Source of the DNA: Amoebidium appalachense | Taxonomy: Eukaryota > Protista > Ichthyosporea | DNA length: 64,000 nt | Assembly (NCBI GenBank): GCA_963693365.1 | Contig: CAVNZM010000005.1 | Coordinates: 7,138,710 to 7,202,709, forward strand | Reading direction: 5' to 3' | Shown here: piece after piece, positions 1 to 29,118 of the stretch | How positions within the stretch are numbered: position 1 is the first letter of the stretch | Layout of the letters: each line of letters opens with the position of its first letter | The notes under the pieces: generated by a model | Seen by the model: the letters and a program-made list of their open reading frames with translations, nothing else | The model's database searches: none | Told to the model about the DNA's origin: nothing | Position numbers and translations under genes: made by a program

Positions 1-414
1 GAGGGGGGGGGGGGGTGGAGAGGGGGGAGAAGGGGGGGGGGGAGGGGGGGGGGGTGGAGGACGTATATAAAAGGATGTTGAGGAGAGAATGCGGGTTGGA
101 GGGTTGGGGTGGGGTGGGGGAAGTTGGGGGGAGGGGAGGGGAGGGAGCGGCCGGAGGAGGGGGAGAAGGTCGTGCAGATCGAGATCTGAGGGAAGATGGG
201 AAGGGGGGCCTCGGGGGAAGGCGAAAGAGGGCATCAGGGGGGGGAGGGGGGGGGGGGGGGGGGGAGGGGGGGGGGGGGGGGCTGGATGGTTCTAACTCGG
301 AGAAAGGATCTGTGATATGATAAACGAAGTGGTCGTGAGTGGGCATGAGTGTATGTGGTAAATCTGTTGATATTGCGAGTGGTCATCAGGGGCATACCAG
401 CGGCAAAGTGAAGC

Positions 415-450
<36 letters not shown>

Positions 451-455
451 ACACC

Positions 456-515
<60 letters not shown>

Positions 516-1060
516 CTCATGCGCACAGTTCAAGCCTTCCAGCCCCTGTGTCATTTCTTTTTGCAAGTCTTTTTTCCCAAGCATGTTCCCAATCTCCCCA
601 CCCCCTCCCCTCCCCCAAAAAAAGAAGAAAAGAAAAATAAAATGACAATATTATAAAAATAAAAAAGAAAAAGAAAAAAAGAGAAAACAAGAAAGAAAGA
701 ACCCATTTTCAGAAAACACAAACACATCCCATTGCTTTATCCTCATGTGCTCTGCCGTCCCCCTCCTCCTCCCCCCCCCCCCCCCCCCCAACCACCACCA
801 CCACCACCACCACCACCATCACCCAACTCCCTTCCAACCCCCCAACCCCCCTCCCCCCTTCCCCCCCTCCCTCCCCACCTCTCGTCCTCCTCTCGCCCAC
901 ACCACCCCACACCTCCCGCCTCTTCCTCTCCCTCCACTCCCCCCCTCCCCCCCCCCCCCCCCCTCTCTCTCTCCTCCTCCCCCCCCTCTCCCCTCCCTTC
1001 CTCCCCCCCCCTCTCCCTCCCCACCTCCCCCCCCCCCCCCCCCCCCCCCCCCCCAAACAG

Positions 1061-3731
1061 AGCACGATATGGGTGAGACCGCATACAGCTACGACGATCT
1101 CCTCTCGTTCCTCTCCTCCATCTCCCACCGCTTCACCATGGCCACCTACCACCTGCTGGACAACAATTGCAACAATTTCAGTGATGAGGTCTGCAGGTTT
1201 CTGGTCGGAAAGCACATCCCGGCCTATATCACCGGCCTGCCACAGGTAACAAGTACATAACTTTTTTGCCGGGATTTACCAGGTTTACCAAGGTTGTTTG
1301 AGAATTCTCTCTGTTTTTCTCGTTTTGGGGTAGCTAGGAGGGTGTCCTCTTACGGAATTTCAATGGGTTTTTCGGCTTTTATTCGGAAATCCTCTCTTGT
1401 TTTCTTTTTCTTGTCCTCTGGGCTTGTATATTTTTTCCAATAACCTTTGCCGATCACCCCCTCCCCCCCCCCCCCCCCCCCCCTTCTCTCTTTAGGAGAG
1501 ATGCAGACGGGAAGCATGAGACTGCTATGGACTAGTAGCTCCACTCTACCTTAACCATCACAAGCACACTCACATTTCATCACAACCGTCACACACACAC
1601 ACACGCACACACACAGACAGTCAGACAGACAGAGAGAGAGAGGGGGGGGGGGGGGGGGGAGGGGGAGGGGGGAGAGAGAGAGAGGGAGGGAGGGAGAGAG
1701 AGAGAAAGAGAGAGAGAGAAAAAACCCCTTTCGCCATACACCCTGACACCTACACACATATTTCAGGAGGCCATGAGCACGCCGTTTGGCGCCATGCTGC
1801 GCCCATTCATCGATCACATGCAGGCTGGAATCAGAGACATGGCCGGCCAACACCAACTCGACCTATCCCACGCTAGGCCCCTCCTTAACCTCCCAAACAC
1901 AAATACAAATGCACCCACACCGCCCTTAACAACCCCCGCCACCAAAACGCACCCACACCAGCACACTACAACAACTAAGACCACCGCCATCGCCGGCGGC
2001 GCCACCGACATAAATTTATACCCGCATCTTTTCAAGCTCATATCTACGCCTACGCTCCTGCGTCAAGCAGACATAGCCAAAGTGATAGTGAAAATGCGCG
2101 AGTTTGTCCCAGGAGCAAAATCCGACACACTGAGTGATCTGACGGACGCCCTTAACCGAGTTGGGCCCGAGTGTGCCTACCCCATGCTGGATCTATTGAG
2201 GTTAAGGGCACTGCGGCACGATGAGTGCGAGAAGGTGGCCATGCTTGTGCCTGGACTGCTTAAGGTGCCAACCCCCCCCCCCCCCCCCCTCCTCCCTCCC
2301 TCGCCCCCCCCCCCCTCCCCCCCCCCCCCCCTCCCCCCGTGTGGTTTGCACTCTGCATTGAGTTGCCCGTTGTTTATGTGTGCTTCGTACTTGAAAGCGC
2401 ATTCAACCCTAACCCCCCCCCCCCCCCCTCCTCCCCCCCCTCCCCCCCCCCCCCACACACACACACACGCACACGCACGCACACACACACAGACCCCTCC
2501 CCTTTCTCCCTGTCCCTTCCCCCCCCCCCCTCCCCCCCCCCTTTCAGGCTACCCCAATCCCCATTAGCCCTTCTGCCTCTCAGGCTCTCCCTACAATCCC
2601 CTCCTCCTCCCCCCTCCCCCTCCTCTCCTCCCCCTTTCAGGCTACCCCAATCCCCATTAGCCCTTCTGCCTCTCAGGCTCTCCCCACAATCCCCTCCTCC
2701 TCCCCCCTCCCCCTCCTCTCCCCCCTTTCAGGCTACCCAAATCCTCATTAGCCCCTTCTGCCTCTCAGGCTCTCCCCACAATCCCCTCCCCCCCCCCCCC
2801 CCATGGGCTCTGCTTATTATGCATCCTCTTTATGTATGGCTTGCATTCTGCATCGTGTTATCCGTTTGTTCTTGTGTACTTCGTACTTTTTGACGCATTC
2901 AAAACCCCCTCCCCCCTCCCCCCGCCCCTCTTCCGACACCTTCCCTTCCGTGTCTGTGGTTGTCTTACATGCATCAAAGAGATAATAACCTCTTATATAA
3001 AAACCTCAAAGTTTTTCCCCCTCAATAGTTTTCCACATGCGCAACATGCCTCTACTTCCCCATACTTGAACCGTCTGCATTCCAACTGCCCTTGATAATA
3101 TGATCATAGACTTCGTCCACCACAACCATACACACAGACAGCGGTATGTTAATTAGTTTCAGTGCCTTTTGAGGAGGACGAAGGTTAGAAGGTGAATGTA
3201 ATTTGAAAAGACAACTTGTATGCGCATAAAAAATAGCGATAAAAATACAAAATCTCCCAATACCAAGAAACCCCTTCTGATTGGCGGCTATTTTCAGAAA
3301 TATTTGCTGGACGGGTCTGTTCGGTCGGCCCAACAAATGGCCCTGCGCTGTGCAACCAACTGCTTTGCCCACCCGTTAGGCGCACTTTCCCTATTAGGCA
3401 GCCAGCACATGATTGCTGAGTCCGTGGCTGTGGGTTTGGCTGCCGACCACCAAAACGTAAAACAGGTACGGACTCTTTCCTCCTGCATTGCATACATTCC
3501 TTCCCCCCCCTCCCTCACTTCCCCTCCCCCCCCCCCCCCCCCTCCCCCCTCCCCTCCCTTCCCCTTCCCCCCCCCCCCCCCCCCCCCCCCCCCTCCCCCG
3601 GCTCACCCGCCCGGCCCGTCGGTCCGTCCTCCCGCCCGCCCCCCTCTTCTTCTACCTACACGATTTTGTTTCGTTTTTCACGTCTGTCGGTTTTGTGGTG
3701 CTCAGCGTTTCTTGCATGAATTGTCACCTTC

Positions 3732-3779
<48 letters not shown>

Positions 3780-4298
3780 TTCCCAACACACACACACACA
3801 CACACACACACACCACCACCACCACCACCACCACCAACACCAACCCTTTCCCTCTTGTAAATGGACCCCCTCCATGTTGTATGCCGTTTATGCATGCCCA
3901 CCCTGGGGATAGGATACTGCTTGTTCTGCAATATTTGTCGTTTACCTTTGCCCCGTTGTGTTGGCAGTTGTAAATTTGTACTTCGTTCTGTTTGCCGTAT
4001 TCAAACCCCCCTCCAATGTCCTGCACCGTGTTTTATTGGGTACATTTTGAGAGTGAATTTGTACTTCGTTCTGTTTGCCGTATTCAAACCCCCCTCCAAT
4101 GTCCTGCACCGTGTTTTATTGGTACATTTTGAAATAGCAGATACACGCACAAGTGCACGTGCACACGCGCACACTTGCACAAGCATACCACACACGCACA
4201 AACATCTTTCCCCCTTTTCTTTCTTTTGCCACACGACAGTTGCTTCGTTATTTGCTGATAATCGCCTCTTCATTGCCTTCCCCCCCCCCCCTCCCCCC

Positions 4299-4340
<42 letters not shown>

Positions 4341-4388
4341 AAAAAAGAACCACCCAGGTTACAGCAGCAAGCTCATCTATCGTTTTTG

Positions 4389-4423
<35 letters not shown>

Positions 4424-4641
4424 TGTATGGCTTGCATTCTGCATCAAAAAAAAAAAAAAAAAAAAAAATGAACCACCCAGGTTACAGCAGCAAGTTCATC
4501 TATCGTTTTTGACCCCCCCCCCCCCCCCCCCCCCCTCCCCCCTCCCCCCCCCCCCCCCCCCCCCCCCCCCCCTGTATGGCTTGCATTCTGCATCGTGTTA
4601 TCCGTTTGTTCTTGTGTACTTCGTACTTTATGACGCATTCG

Positions 4642-4690
<49 letters not shown>

Positions 4691-5007
4691 CCTCCTCTCA
4701 ACCCCAGGCTGCCGCAGCGCTAGTGCTCAACCTCAGTGGCTCGCCCCACCGGCACCCCACCCACCCAGCCCTCACAGAGGACACGTGGGTGTCTCTCATA
4801 AGCTGCCTAGGGGAGGCACTGCACACGGCAACAGACCAGACGAGAATGTGGGTGGTGGGGGCCTTGGGTGCTCTGTGTGTGGGGAATGAAATGGCTAGGG
4901 ATCTGGCTAGAGCTATGGAGGTGGGCGTGGCGATGGCTGGTGGGGAGGGAGGGGCGGGTGGGGAGGGGGGGGATGTTGTGAGAGAGGTGAAGGCGATGTT
5001 GGCATAG
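1061..5007 (+). CDS. PPPDE/DeSI-family peptidase (desumoylating/deubiquitinating isopeptidase-like) fused to a C-terminal PUL-like domain; 5' exons not identified, probably upstream of the window
   Basis: Phase-consistent GT-AG exons 1061-1245, 1767-2264, 3298-3465, 4708-5007. Spliced YHLLDNNCNNFSDEVCRFLVGKHIPAYITGLPQ|EAMSTPFGAMLRP resembles DeSI-1 ([41 protein letters not shown]), with the catalytic Cys. Downstream YPMLDLLRL, QMALRCATNCF and AAAALVLNLS resemble PUL-domain motifs. Confidence 0.85.
2541..2790. repeat. Tandem repeat, ~92-bp unit x3
   Basis: ctttcaggctaccccaatccccattagcccttctgcctctcaggctctccccacaatcccctcc recurs at ~2541, ~2634 and ~2725. Confidence 0.85.
2803..2905 (+). repeat. 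Copy of the poly-C-flanked dispersed repeat (PPPDE-PUL intron)
   Basis: Near-identical to 9819-9920. Diverged relatives at ~2339-2410, ~3895-4012 and ~4056-4095. Confidence 0.85.
4330..4643 (+). repeat. Local duplication (A-run, aaccacccaggttacagcagcaag.tcatctatcgtttttga, C-run, tgtatggcttgcattctgcatc, twice) ending in a copy of the dispersed repeat (4573-4643)
   Basis: Direct comparison of 4330-4445 with 4446-4595. Confidence 0.8.
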
Positions 5008-6835
5008 TGCTGTCTCTCTACCTCTCTCCCCCCATTTCTCCCTCCCTTTCTCTCTCTCTCCCACACTCTCTCGTCCTTCTCCCTCCCTCCCTCCCTCCCA
5101 CCCACCCACCCTTTCACCCTCCCCTCTTTCCCTCTCACCCGCTCTGTTCCCGCGCCTGTCTCCCTCCGTCTCTCTCCCTCCCTCCCTCCCTGCCTGCCTC
5201 CCTCTCCCTTTCACTCTCAATTTCTAGGGTTTTTAAACAAAACTATTACCCTACCCACGGCCCATTTCAACTTTCCCCTCCGATTGTAAGAACACAGGGG
5301 AAGTGGAGGAAAAGGGGTGTTAGCATACGGGATAGTGTTTGAGGATCGTTGGCTCCTTCTAAAGGGATTGCAATGCGGCTGTGTAAATAAAACATGCATG
5401 AAGGGGACGGCTGGCTCCGTCATGAACCCGACTTGTGCTTGTATTGAAAGCGTGAAGTTCAATTATGGTAGAAGCTTAGTAGTCAAAAGGACTGTTTTTA
5501 CAAATGAGGGGCCATCATGGGGTGTAAGGGATGGACATGGAGAGTAGAGTGAAGATCGAGTGACCCACATTCGCATGATTTTTAAGGTCATTTCTAAGGT
5601 CATGCAAGAACGGGCACCAGCTTTGATCATCACTCCCCCCTATGTATGTAGGCCTCTGGCGAGATTTGCTGCCGCAGCAACCACCGTCGCAGTGAAAGTT
5701 GAGATCGCTTGGGCCAAATACGGCCTGCGATGCAATTCGATCGGTCTGTTTTTCGGTCCTCAAATGTTCAATCGCCTCTCGATTACCAACATGTGGCGAA
5801 AATTTCAAATTACGCTTTATGTATTTAGACTGTTCCTAGATACATGAATTTCGTGCATGCCCCTGTGACCTTCCCCCCCTCGCGAAGCTTCACTTGAAGC
5901 GCCGGTTAGCGCTAGCGGGTCCGAGCTGTAGCTTTGTACAGTTTTTCACTTCAATTCCATTCTTTTCAGTGCGTGTGTAGTGATTTCTTACCCGATAGCC
6001 ACACTACAGGAGCTAGACAGCACGGACACTACGAAAGAATAATATAGAAGCGTGGGCACGGGGTTTGTGGCAGTTGGGTGAGGTTTGTTTGCCTGCACAA
6101 GGCCCACATACACACACCCACACGTGTGTTTCAACATCGAACCACACGTTGACACCACAACGCTAGAATCTAACCACAAAGGAACACATATTTGCACAGG
6201 GCGTTGGCTAGCACCACTTCTCCTTCCTAAGATTTTCACCTAGGCCCCCCTGTTTCCCTTTCTAAAGTTGTTTACACTTAAACTCGGCTTTGAGGTGCAA
6301 ACACCTTTTCTGGTGGCTTCAGTGTTCTACCTGCCGGTGCGTGTGCCTGAGCGGAGGCCCCTTGGGCGTGCAGCTTCGATGTCCGCCTTCAGCCGAGGTG
6401 CCCAGTATCCATAGCAAAAGGTGCATCCCACTTTCCCTTCTCTCCCTCCCTCCCCTCCCTTCCCCCCCCCCCTTCCCCTCCCCCCCTCCTCCTGCTCCTC
6501 CTCCCCTCTCCCTCTCTCCCCCTTTGCTCTCTCGCCCCACCCTCACCCCCCGGGCTCCCCTTGATGCTCTTACTTTACAAATGTTCGAAGTTTGCGCCGT
6601 GCCAAGCTTCTGATTTTCAAGGCCGACACAGACCCCTGCACCTTCAACCTGTGTGTGTGCCTGAGGACATTTTATGCCACCCCTTACACCTTCTCCAGCA
6701 AGCACACACTTGCGCGTAGTCGCTTCCTTCTGACCCACGAACCACTAAATAACCACGGTTTTAGATAAGCTAAAGACAACCACAAACAACTGCCAACCCG
6801 ATCTGCCATATGCATATTGCCGCGAGTGCAGGCAT

Positions 6836-6891
<56 letters not shown>

Positions 6892-7220
6892 CGCGTGCGT
6901 CTTTTTAGACACACATTCGCCGCACACATATAGACACACAGGCACTTGTCTGCACATCCATTCCCATGTCAACACACACATTCACTCACTCAATTGCACA
7001 CAAGGAACACCACACCCACCCATCGACCAACCCATACACACCCACACACACCCACACACACACACTCGTTTTCCTGCTATGTGCAGGCTTTTAGAGCACG
7101 AACATAACCCAGTGAGCTCGATCTCCCACCTCCCATCCCTTACCTCCAACCTCCCAATCCGACCTGTTTGTCCTTTACCATGTGCACATAAATAGCTCAC
7201 ACAACCCAAAATAGGCCACC

Positions 7221-16504
<9,284 letters not shown>

Positions 16505-17003
16505 ATTACCATATAAGGGAATAGTGGATGTTATGTTTGCATTAAAGGTTTCACACGTGTATGTAATGAAGGTTTTGTGCTGAATATTAATGTGAAAAGG
16601 AAAACGGGGTTGCAAGCATGTGTGGCTGTCTGTCTACTAGTAGTGACAACAACAAAATAAATAAATAAATTCCAATTAATTGTCATGGAATTAAAGAGAC
16701 CAGAAATATGTTGGTGTGTACCCGATTCCCCTCCGCGCATACAGCTCACTGCATTCAAAGTTGCTTGCAACGGCAGTTACGTGCGCATGCGGTTCAGGAA
16801 CTGCTACACGCGCCAAAGCCAGAAATCTACACAACACTGTGTATAAAATCGCGGCCAGGTCGAAATTTTTTTTGAAAGAATTATATTGAGATCGAGGCGT
16901 CAGACAGAGCGAAGAATGGATGTATTGTACAGTTGTGTGGGTGTGGGTGTGGGTGGGTGGTTAAGCGGGTGGGTGGGTGGGTGTGTTTGTGTGTGTGTAC
17001 GAC

Positions 17004-17077
<74 letters not shown>

Positions 17078-17253
17078 TGTTGGGACACTGTGACAATGTG
17101 TGTGTGTGTGACAAGTGTCACCGCATCTGTTTATGTCCAAGCTTGTGTTTCTTTCTTCTCTTTTTTTTTGTTGTTGTGGTGGTGGTGGTGGTGGTTGTTG
17201 TCTTGGGGAGGAGGAGGAGGGGGGGGGGGGGGTTGATACCCATGCATTGGGCT

Positions 17254-17301
<48 letters not shown>

Positions 17302-17550
17302 CTGTGTTTCGAGCCTCGGTATAAACGTCACGGCACATGGCATGTGGAAAATTCAACGGCTACAGTCTGAGACTAGGACACCGTATGCGCCTTGAACGTT
17401 CCTAAGATTCACCGCGACAAAATGCATTTGCAACACGGTGCATGGATTTAAAGCAAAGCAAACAGTCATGACACTGGTACCGGTCACAGTGTGTGAGTCA
17501 CAGTGTGTGCACATGTACGTACACGTGTGTGTGTGTGTGTGTGTGTGACG

Positions 17551-17605
<55 letters not shown>

Positions 17606-18259
17606 TAATTAAAATCATGTGCCAGGCTACTGTAAAAGGCCCTGGGCAGGTAGTACACCTTCACAACGCACAATTTACAAGGCAGATTTTGCACAAAGCA
17701 CGTGACTATTTTCAACTTAGTACAACGGTGTAAATCTACTAGAGCCTTGATGCCTCATAAGAGTCCGTCCTCAGGGGGGTCCCAGGTATGAGCGAGGCAT
17801 GCGAGTGTGTTAGTGTCTGTGTGTGAGCATGTGCACGTGTGTGTGTGTGCGTTTATGCCAGTTGCGTGTGTGTGAGCGCATGTGCACGTGGGTCTTTGTT
17901 CCAATTAGAAGGAGGGGGCCGCCCCGCGGGGGGCCCAAAGGGGGGGGGGGGGGGGGGAGGGGGGGGGGGGGGCTTGGAGCACTCATGAGCTCTGTAGTGC
18001 TTATCAGGTGTATAATTTTCATTGACCGGGTAAGGTCACATCCGGATCATAAGTACAATACATACATAGAGTTTTAGACGAAATCATACCTTGATAGGCC
18101 CGACACTGTTTATATCAACACATGTATCATGCCATATAATGGTTGTGTCCCCACATATAGGGCTAATCTCAAAGAAAACAATGAGGTCCTGGATACACAC
18201 TGTACTAATGGGTGTTCGAACGTTAGAAGGGCAAAAATAAAAAAGAGAGAGAGAGGGCC

Positions 18260-18290
<31 letters not shown>

Positions 18291-18990
18291 ACCCAAAAAT
18301 TTGTAGGTTTATTTGTGTCACTCAATCTGTCGGGGCATTTTTGGGTTGTGTCTGTATTCTGAACCCCAACTAACTAAAAGAGAACGTGTGAGTGTGAGTG
18401 TGAGTGAGTGTGTGTGTGTGTGCGTGCGTGCGCGTGGGTGTGCGTGTTTGCACGTGACGCGGGTTGAATGATTAACATACATCTAACTAATTAACTTTGG
18501 ATGAGAGCTAAACCCATGTTACGTCTTCACACCTAAAGAAATAGTACATCTATGTGTATCCCAGTAAATGAAAACAGCAAATACATAACCAGCAAATACA
18601 TAACATCCCCTGACCCCCCCCCCCCCCCCCCCCCCCCCCCAAAACACACACACACACACAAACACAAACACAAACACACACACAACACACACACACACAC
18701 ACACCCGCAACCATTGGCTAGCCATCACCCAGAGGAGTAGGCAGCAAGTCAAAACACCAAGTCATTGCCACACCGTGGTCATTAATATATCTACCTCACA
18801 CTTACCCTTCAACTCATATTTTATTACTTTTCCCCTGCATACTTCCTTCCTTTTCCTGCCAAGTTGAACGTCCCCTTCTTCCGCAAATATCCACATCATC
18901 CTGCCAGCAAGTATCTCACTTTTCCTAACACAAACCCTCATTCTCCCTTTCAAGTACCACCATTTTTCCTTCCAGCCTTCCACCCGCCCC

Positions 18991-20853
18991 TCATTTCCCA
19001 TCCGTTGCTCCCGCACTCTCGCTGCTCTTAAACAGGGCCGTGAGGGGACCCAACGTAAGCTTTTTCTGCCTCCCGCCTCGGGGACTGTTCACGGGACTCG
19101 CAGCCGGCGACCGCGCATACTTTGGTGTACTTGCATATTTTTCTTCTTCCTCCCCCACCGCCACCACCTTTTCGCGTTTAAGGTCCTGGTACCACTGGTT
19201 AAGGGTCTCCTCCTTGTCCGTCTCGATGCGGTACGTCTGCCCGTCGCATACCATTTCCAAAAGGGGCGTAGGCCCGTCCGTTATCTTACGGAATACCTGT
19301 GTATGTGGGGAACACGGGGAGGGGCCGCGGGGGGAGGGGGGGAGGGGGAGGGGGGTCATTGAGAATCCCTTCTACGATATCTTGTACCAAGGTCGCCAAG
19401 AACGGCAATATATGCTCCCCCCTCCCCCCCTCCCCCCTCCCCCCCCCCAAAAAAAAAAACAAAAAAAAACATACACACACACCCACAAACACATACATCT
19501 CTGACCCTCTCGCTCTCTTACTTTCCTCCTAGCGCCAATATCAACCCCCCCCCCTCTCTCTCTCTCTCATCCCTCCCCCCCGTTTTCCTAATCAAAAACA
19601 CAAGAGGAAATAGGAACACGGGGAGTACTACTTGCACAACTACATCATTTTTCACACACATCCCCCCCCCCCCCCCCCCCCCCCTTCTTCCTTTCTCTAT
19701 TTGTTTCTTCCACCTTATTCGTCTTCGTTCATCAGCCCCCTTCCCCCCTTTCTTTCTTCTTTCTTTACAAATCCCCCCCCCCCCTCCCCCATCACCCTTT
19801 CTCTCTTCCTTCCTTCTCCGCTCCTCCCCCGAACCCCCTCCCCCTACCCCCTCAACCCTCCCCCCCCCCCCCCCCCCCCCCCACCCCAACACACACACTC
19901 ATACAAGTAAAGAAGAAAGAAAGAAAAGATAAAAAAGTGGTAGACCAGGCAGGGTTCAACGGTGTGAATATGGCTATGATATGATATGTATGCTATCTGC
20001 GGAAGAGTAGAGAAGGTACGAAAACACTGAAAAGGAACATGACAGGGCAAGTACGCAAAGTGAGGAGTATGTAGGTGACGGGGTGGGGGACGTGAACATG
20101 CTCGTGTACGTATCGAGATATAATGGACAAAGTAGGCAGTTGGCACCACTCGAGAGTCGAGACATAAACATGTAAATGAGATGTGCAAGAAGTGAGTACA
20201 AAAACGGCAAAAAAAAATCAAACGAAACGAACACAGGCAACATCATCGTGTTTTTATCTTCAACCCGCACGCTTCCTAAACATAGCTTGGCCACCAACCT
20301 GGATCTTTGCCACCGGGAGTTCGTGCTTGATTTCCCCATCCTTGCCAAAAATAACCACCATGCGTAGGCCCCTGTTATAGCTACTGCGCCTTCTAATGGG
20401 CATGTGGAAGTGCCGACCCTCCGCGATGAGCTCACCAATGTACTCCTCCCCAGACATGGATCTCTCTCTGCCTGTGTCGTCTGTGGCAATGATGTCTGGG
20501 ACAGTGCTGGACGTCTCGCTCTGCGCTGAGAACTCGGGAACGGAAGTGGAGGTAGTGAGAATAGAGACTTCAGGGGCGTGTTTTAGTTCAAACATGGTCA
20601 GTGCATCTCTCGCCTTTTTCTTCTCCGGTGTGGGCTTCCCTTGCCCTTGTGCACTATGGTTGTTGCCTGATGTTTCCGGTTGGGCTTTTCCTGTGTGTGG
20701 ATTTGTGGTGTTTTCACGCGATTGTGTCTCCTCTGCATCGGACACAGTTAATTTGTCAACATCAGATGTGAGTGTTTCTTGCTGTATTTCCGTGAGTTTG
20801 CTTGCCAGCTCATGTGGCTGGACACCACCGGCGGTATCGTGTACTTCGGTCAT
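18991..20853 (-). CDS. Hypothetical protein (~286 aa): disordered S/T/E-rich N-terminus and a divergent PH-like domain
   Basis: Exons 20853-20299 (donor CAG|GTTGGT) and 19296-18991 join in phase 0. The junction region ...GEIKHELPVAKIQ|VFRKITDGPTPLLEMVCDGQTYRIETDKEETLNQWYQDLK ends in the PH-like pattern of a strand followed by an 'E..W...L' helix. Confidence 0.65.
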
Positions 20854-21813
20854 TTTTCTTCAAACACACAAAAAGACGAAAACAGTGTGTGCTTTGGGCA
20901 AGTGCTAAACACAACTCCAAGCTGTTAACAAAAAAACGTGACGTAAGCTGAGAACGTTGCCAACTGTTTATGATGACCTGTCCTTGCTGTTTCCTGCTGT
21001 ATACGAGGTAAGCAATTCGAATCCTCGTCTCCTGATAACTATCAACTAATATTAGGCTTATATCATGCCTTGCTATCCGTCATTTGCACATTCAAGCAAA
21101 TGCTATCACCCCTCAGTCATGTGGTAAACAATACAGAAAAGTGGAAAACGTTGCAAGCAAAAAACCGAAAAAATTGGAAGCTTGCGGGGGTGATAAAACG
21201 CAGATGAGCCAATCGAACGCGTTTCATTGGTTTGCATATGAATGAGCCCAGGGTGAAGAAATACAATGGTAATCATGAATCTTCTTGGTTCTTGGTCTTA
21301 TAATGGTAATATTCGGTCGAAGAGGCCCTATAGTCCGTCTATAACTCCTTAATAATTGTATACAGTATTTTACAGCACAGAAGCACACGCAGGGGCTCCA
21401 TGAAATAGACATGACTACCACTATCCATGTAGTACAAGTCGCCGCAGGACGAGTTTGCAACCCAACATTCAATTGAGATTAACCAATCGTGAGGAGGAAG
21501 AAGTTGCCTAATGCAGGAAAAGGATAATTTAATTACGCAAATTTAGATCAATAATGTTTTTTTTTTTTTTTTTTTGATTCAATATCGCCGACCAGTGATG
21601 TGTTACCGGCGCGCTCAAGCCGCGGCGCCGGAGGCACCGGAGCTCCGGCCAGGAGCCCCCGCGCCCCCTCCGCCAAACATACCCTCCCTCCCTAGGCCTC
21701 CCCCTCCTCCTCCCCTAACCCCCCCCCCCCCCCCCCCGCCCTCCCCCCCTCCCCCCGCGCTCTTATCCCTCCTCCCCCGCCCGCCTTCTCTCGCCCCTCG
21801 CTTCTTTCCCTGA

Positions 21814-21886
<73 letters not shown>

Positions 21887-22933
21887 CCCCCTCCCCCCCC
21901 TCCCCCCCCCGCCCTTTTTTTTTCTTCTTTTTTTCAGCCCAAAGACCTGTCTGTGCTTCAAGTAAACCGCGCGGCCCCGTGAGCGCTATGCCAGCCTTAA
22001 CCCAGGGCCAAAAAAAAGGAAAATGCACAGGCATTAAAGAACTGAGAATCCGCTTGGGCTTGAGAAGCTTTGCATGTAGGTGACCACGCACACGCACTCG
22101 GCCTGATCTTGAGATCAAAATTAAGTGCGGCCCCTGTGTGTGGGTGGGTGGGTGGGTGGGTGGGTGGGGCGGGGAGGGGGGGGGGGGGGGGGGGGGAGGC
22201 GGACCGTGGGCCACTGCAGCATCAGACAGCAGCATCGACGTCGAGTCTGTAACACGGCCTTCTGGAACACCGGTGTTCCAGAGGGCCACGCGTGGTCTGT
22301 GGGCCCCCGGGCTCTATGTAGACGGGAAGGCTGTGGCCCGAAATATTTCCGAGTATGATCTGAAAAAGTAGATCTCCAACATTTTATTATTGTCGCCGCT
22401 ATCCAAACTTTTTGACTGCGGTCTCTAGCTGAGAGTTATAGTGATGCAGAAATCATTCTAAGGCAACGTCAGCTACAAATATTTTTGCCCCCTGTACATG
22501 AGTAGAACTGTTGAACCCAGATAAACCTGTCAGTAGTTACTAGTTTGGTTATAACCTAACGAGAGAGATATCCATATTTCTATCCCGTCCTTCTATTATA
22601 GTATTGATAGACAAATTGAAAGTTTTCCGCTTCCATGTAAAAAATCTTTTACTGGATATATTTATGGGCTCTCTCCAAAAAAGTGTGCAAAAAAGAAATC
22701 GTCGCCCAAGTCACAAATTTTTTGTAGACTTCACACAGCGGCTGTGCCATGATATGATGTTCAGTAAAATCTGCGCATGTTCCGGATTCTAGTTATGCTG
22801 CTCTAATATTAGTCAAAAACATCATAGTAAGCCTTGAATCGTATCATCATTTCAGAAAGGCAGAAACCGAAAATTCTTTTGAACCGAGTTTTTTCCATAC
22901 GCACACTGTCAACAGTCCGACACACAGAGCAAC

Positions 22934-28674
<5,741 letters not shown>

Positions 28675-28755
28675 AAGGGCACCGGGACGATTCCCCCCCT
28701 TCCCCCCATATTTTTCGGTTTTTTTTTTTTTTGTGTGGGTGGGGTGTGTGTGGGT

Positions 28756-28799
<44 letters not shown>

Positions 28800-29025
28800 C
28801 GGTGTGTGTATGTGTGTGGGTGGGTGGGGGGGGGGGGGGGGGGGGGGCACCTGGTACATGTGTGTGTGTGTGTGTGTAGGGGATCTTCCTTGTCACAACT
28901 GTTATTAAGGAGGCCCGATTGTGGTTGGTTAGTTGTGCCTGTTTTTAGGATATATAGGATGCCTGGAGAGTATATGGGTTGCCGCGCACGCACACACACC
29001 CACACACAAACAGACACAAACACAA

Positions 29026-29118
<93 letters not shown>

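Noticed and set aside
324-361. EVVVSGHECMW, faintly like the DeSI 'SIVVHxxEFF' segment, as a possible upstream exon
   Set aside because: Closed by stop codons, lacks the catalytic His motif, and has no convincing splice sites.
5300-6700. Complex-sequence ORFs between the PPPDE gene and CNOT11 (likewise 37100-39480 and 48100-50400)
   Set aside because: No recognisable motifs or consistent exon chain; probably UTR, promoter or decayed repeats, although a short gene or ncRNA cannot be excluded.
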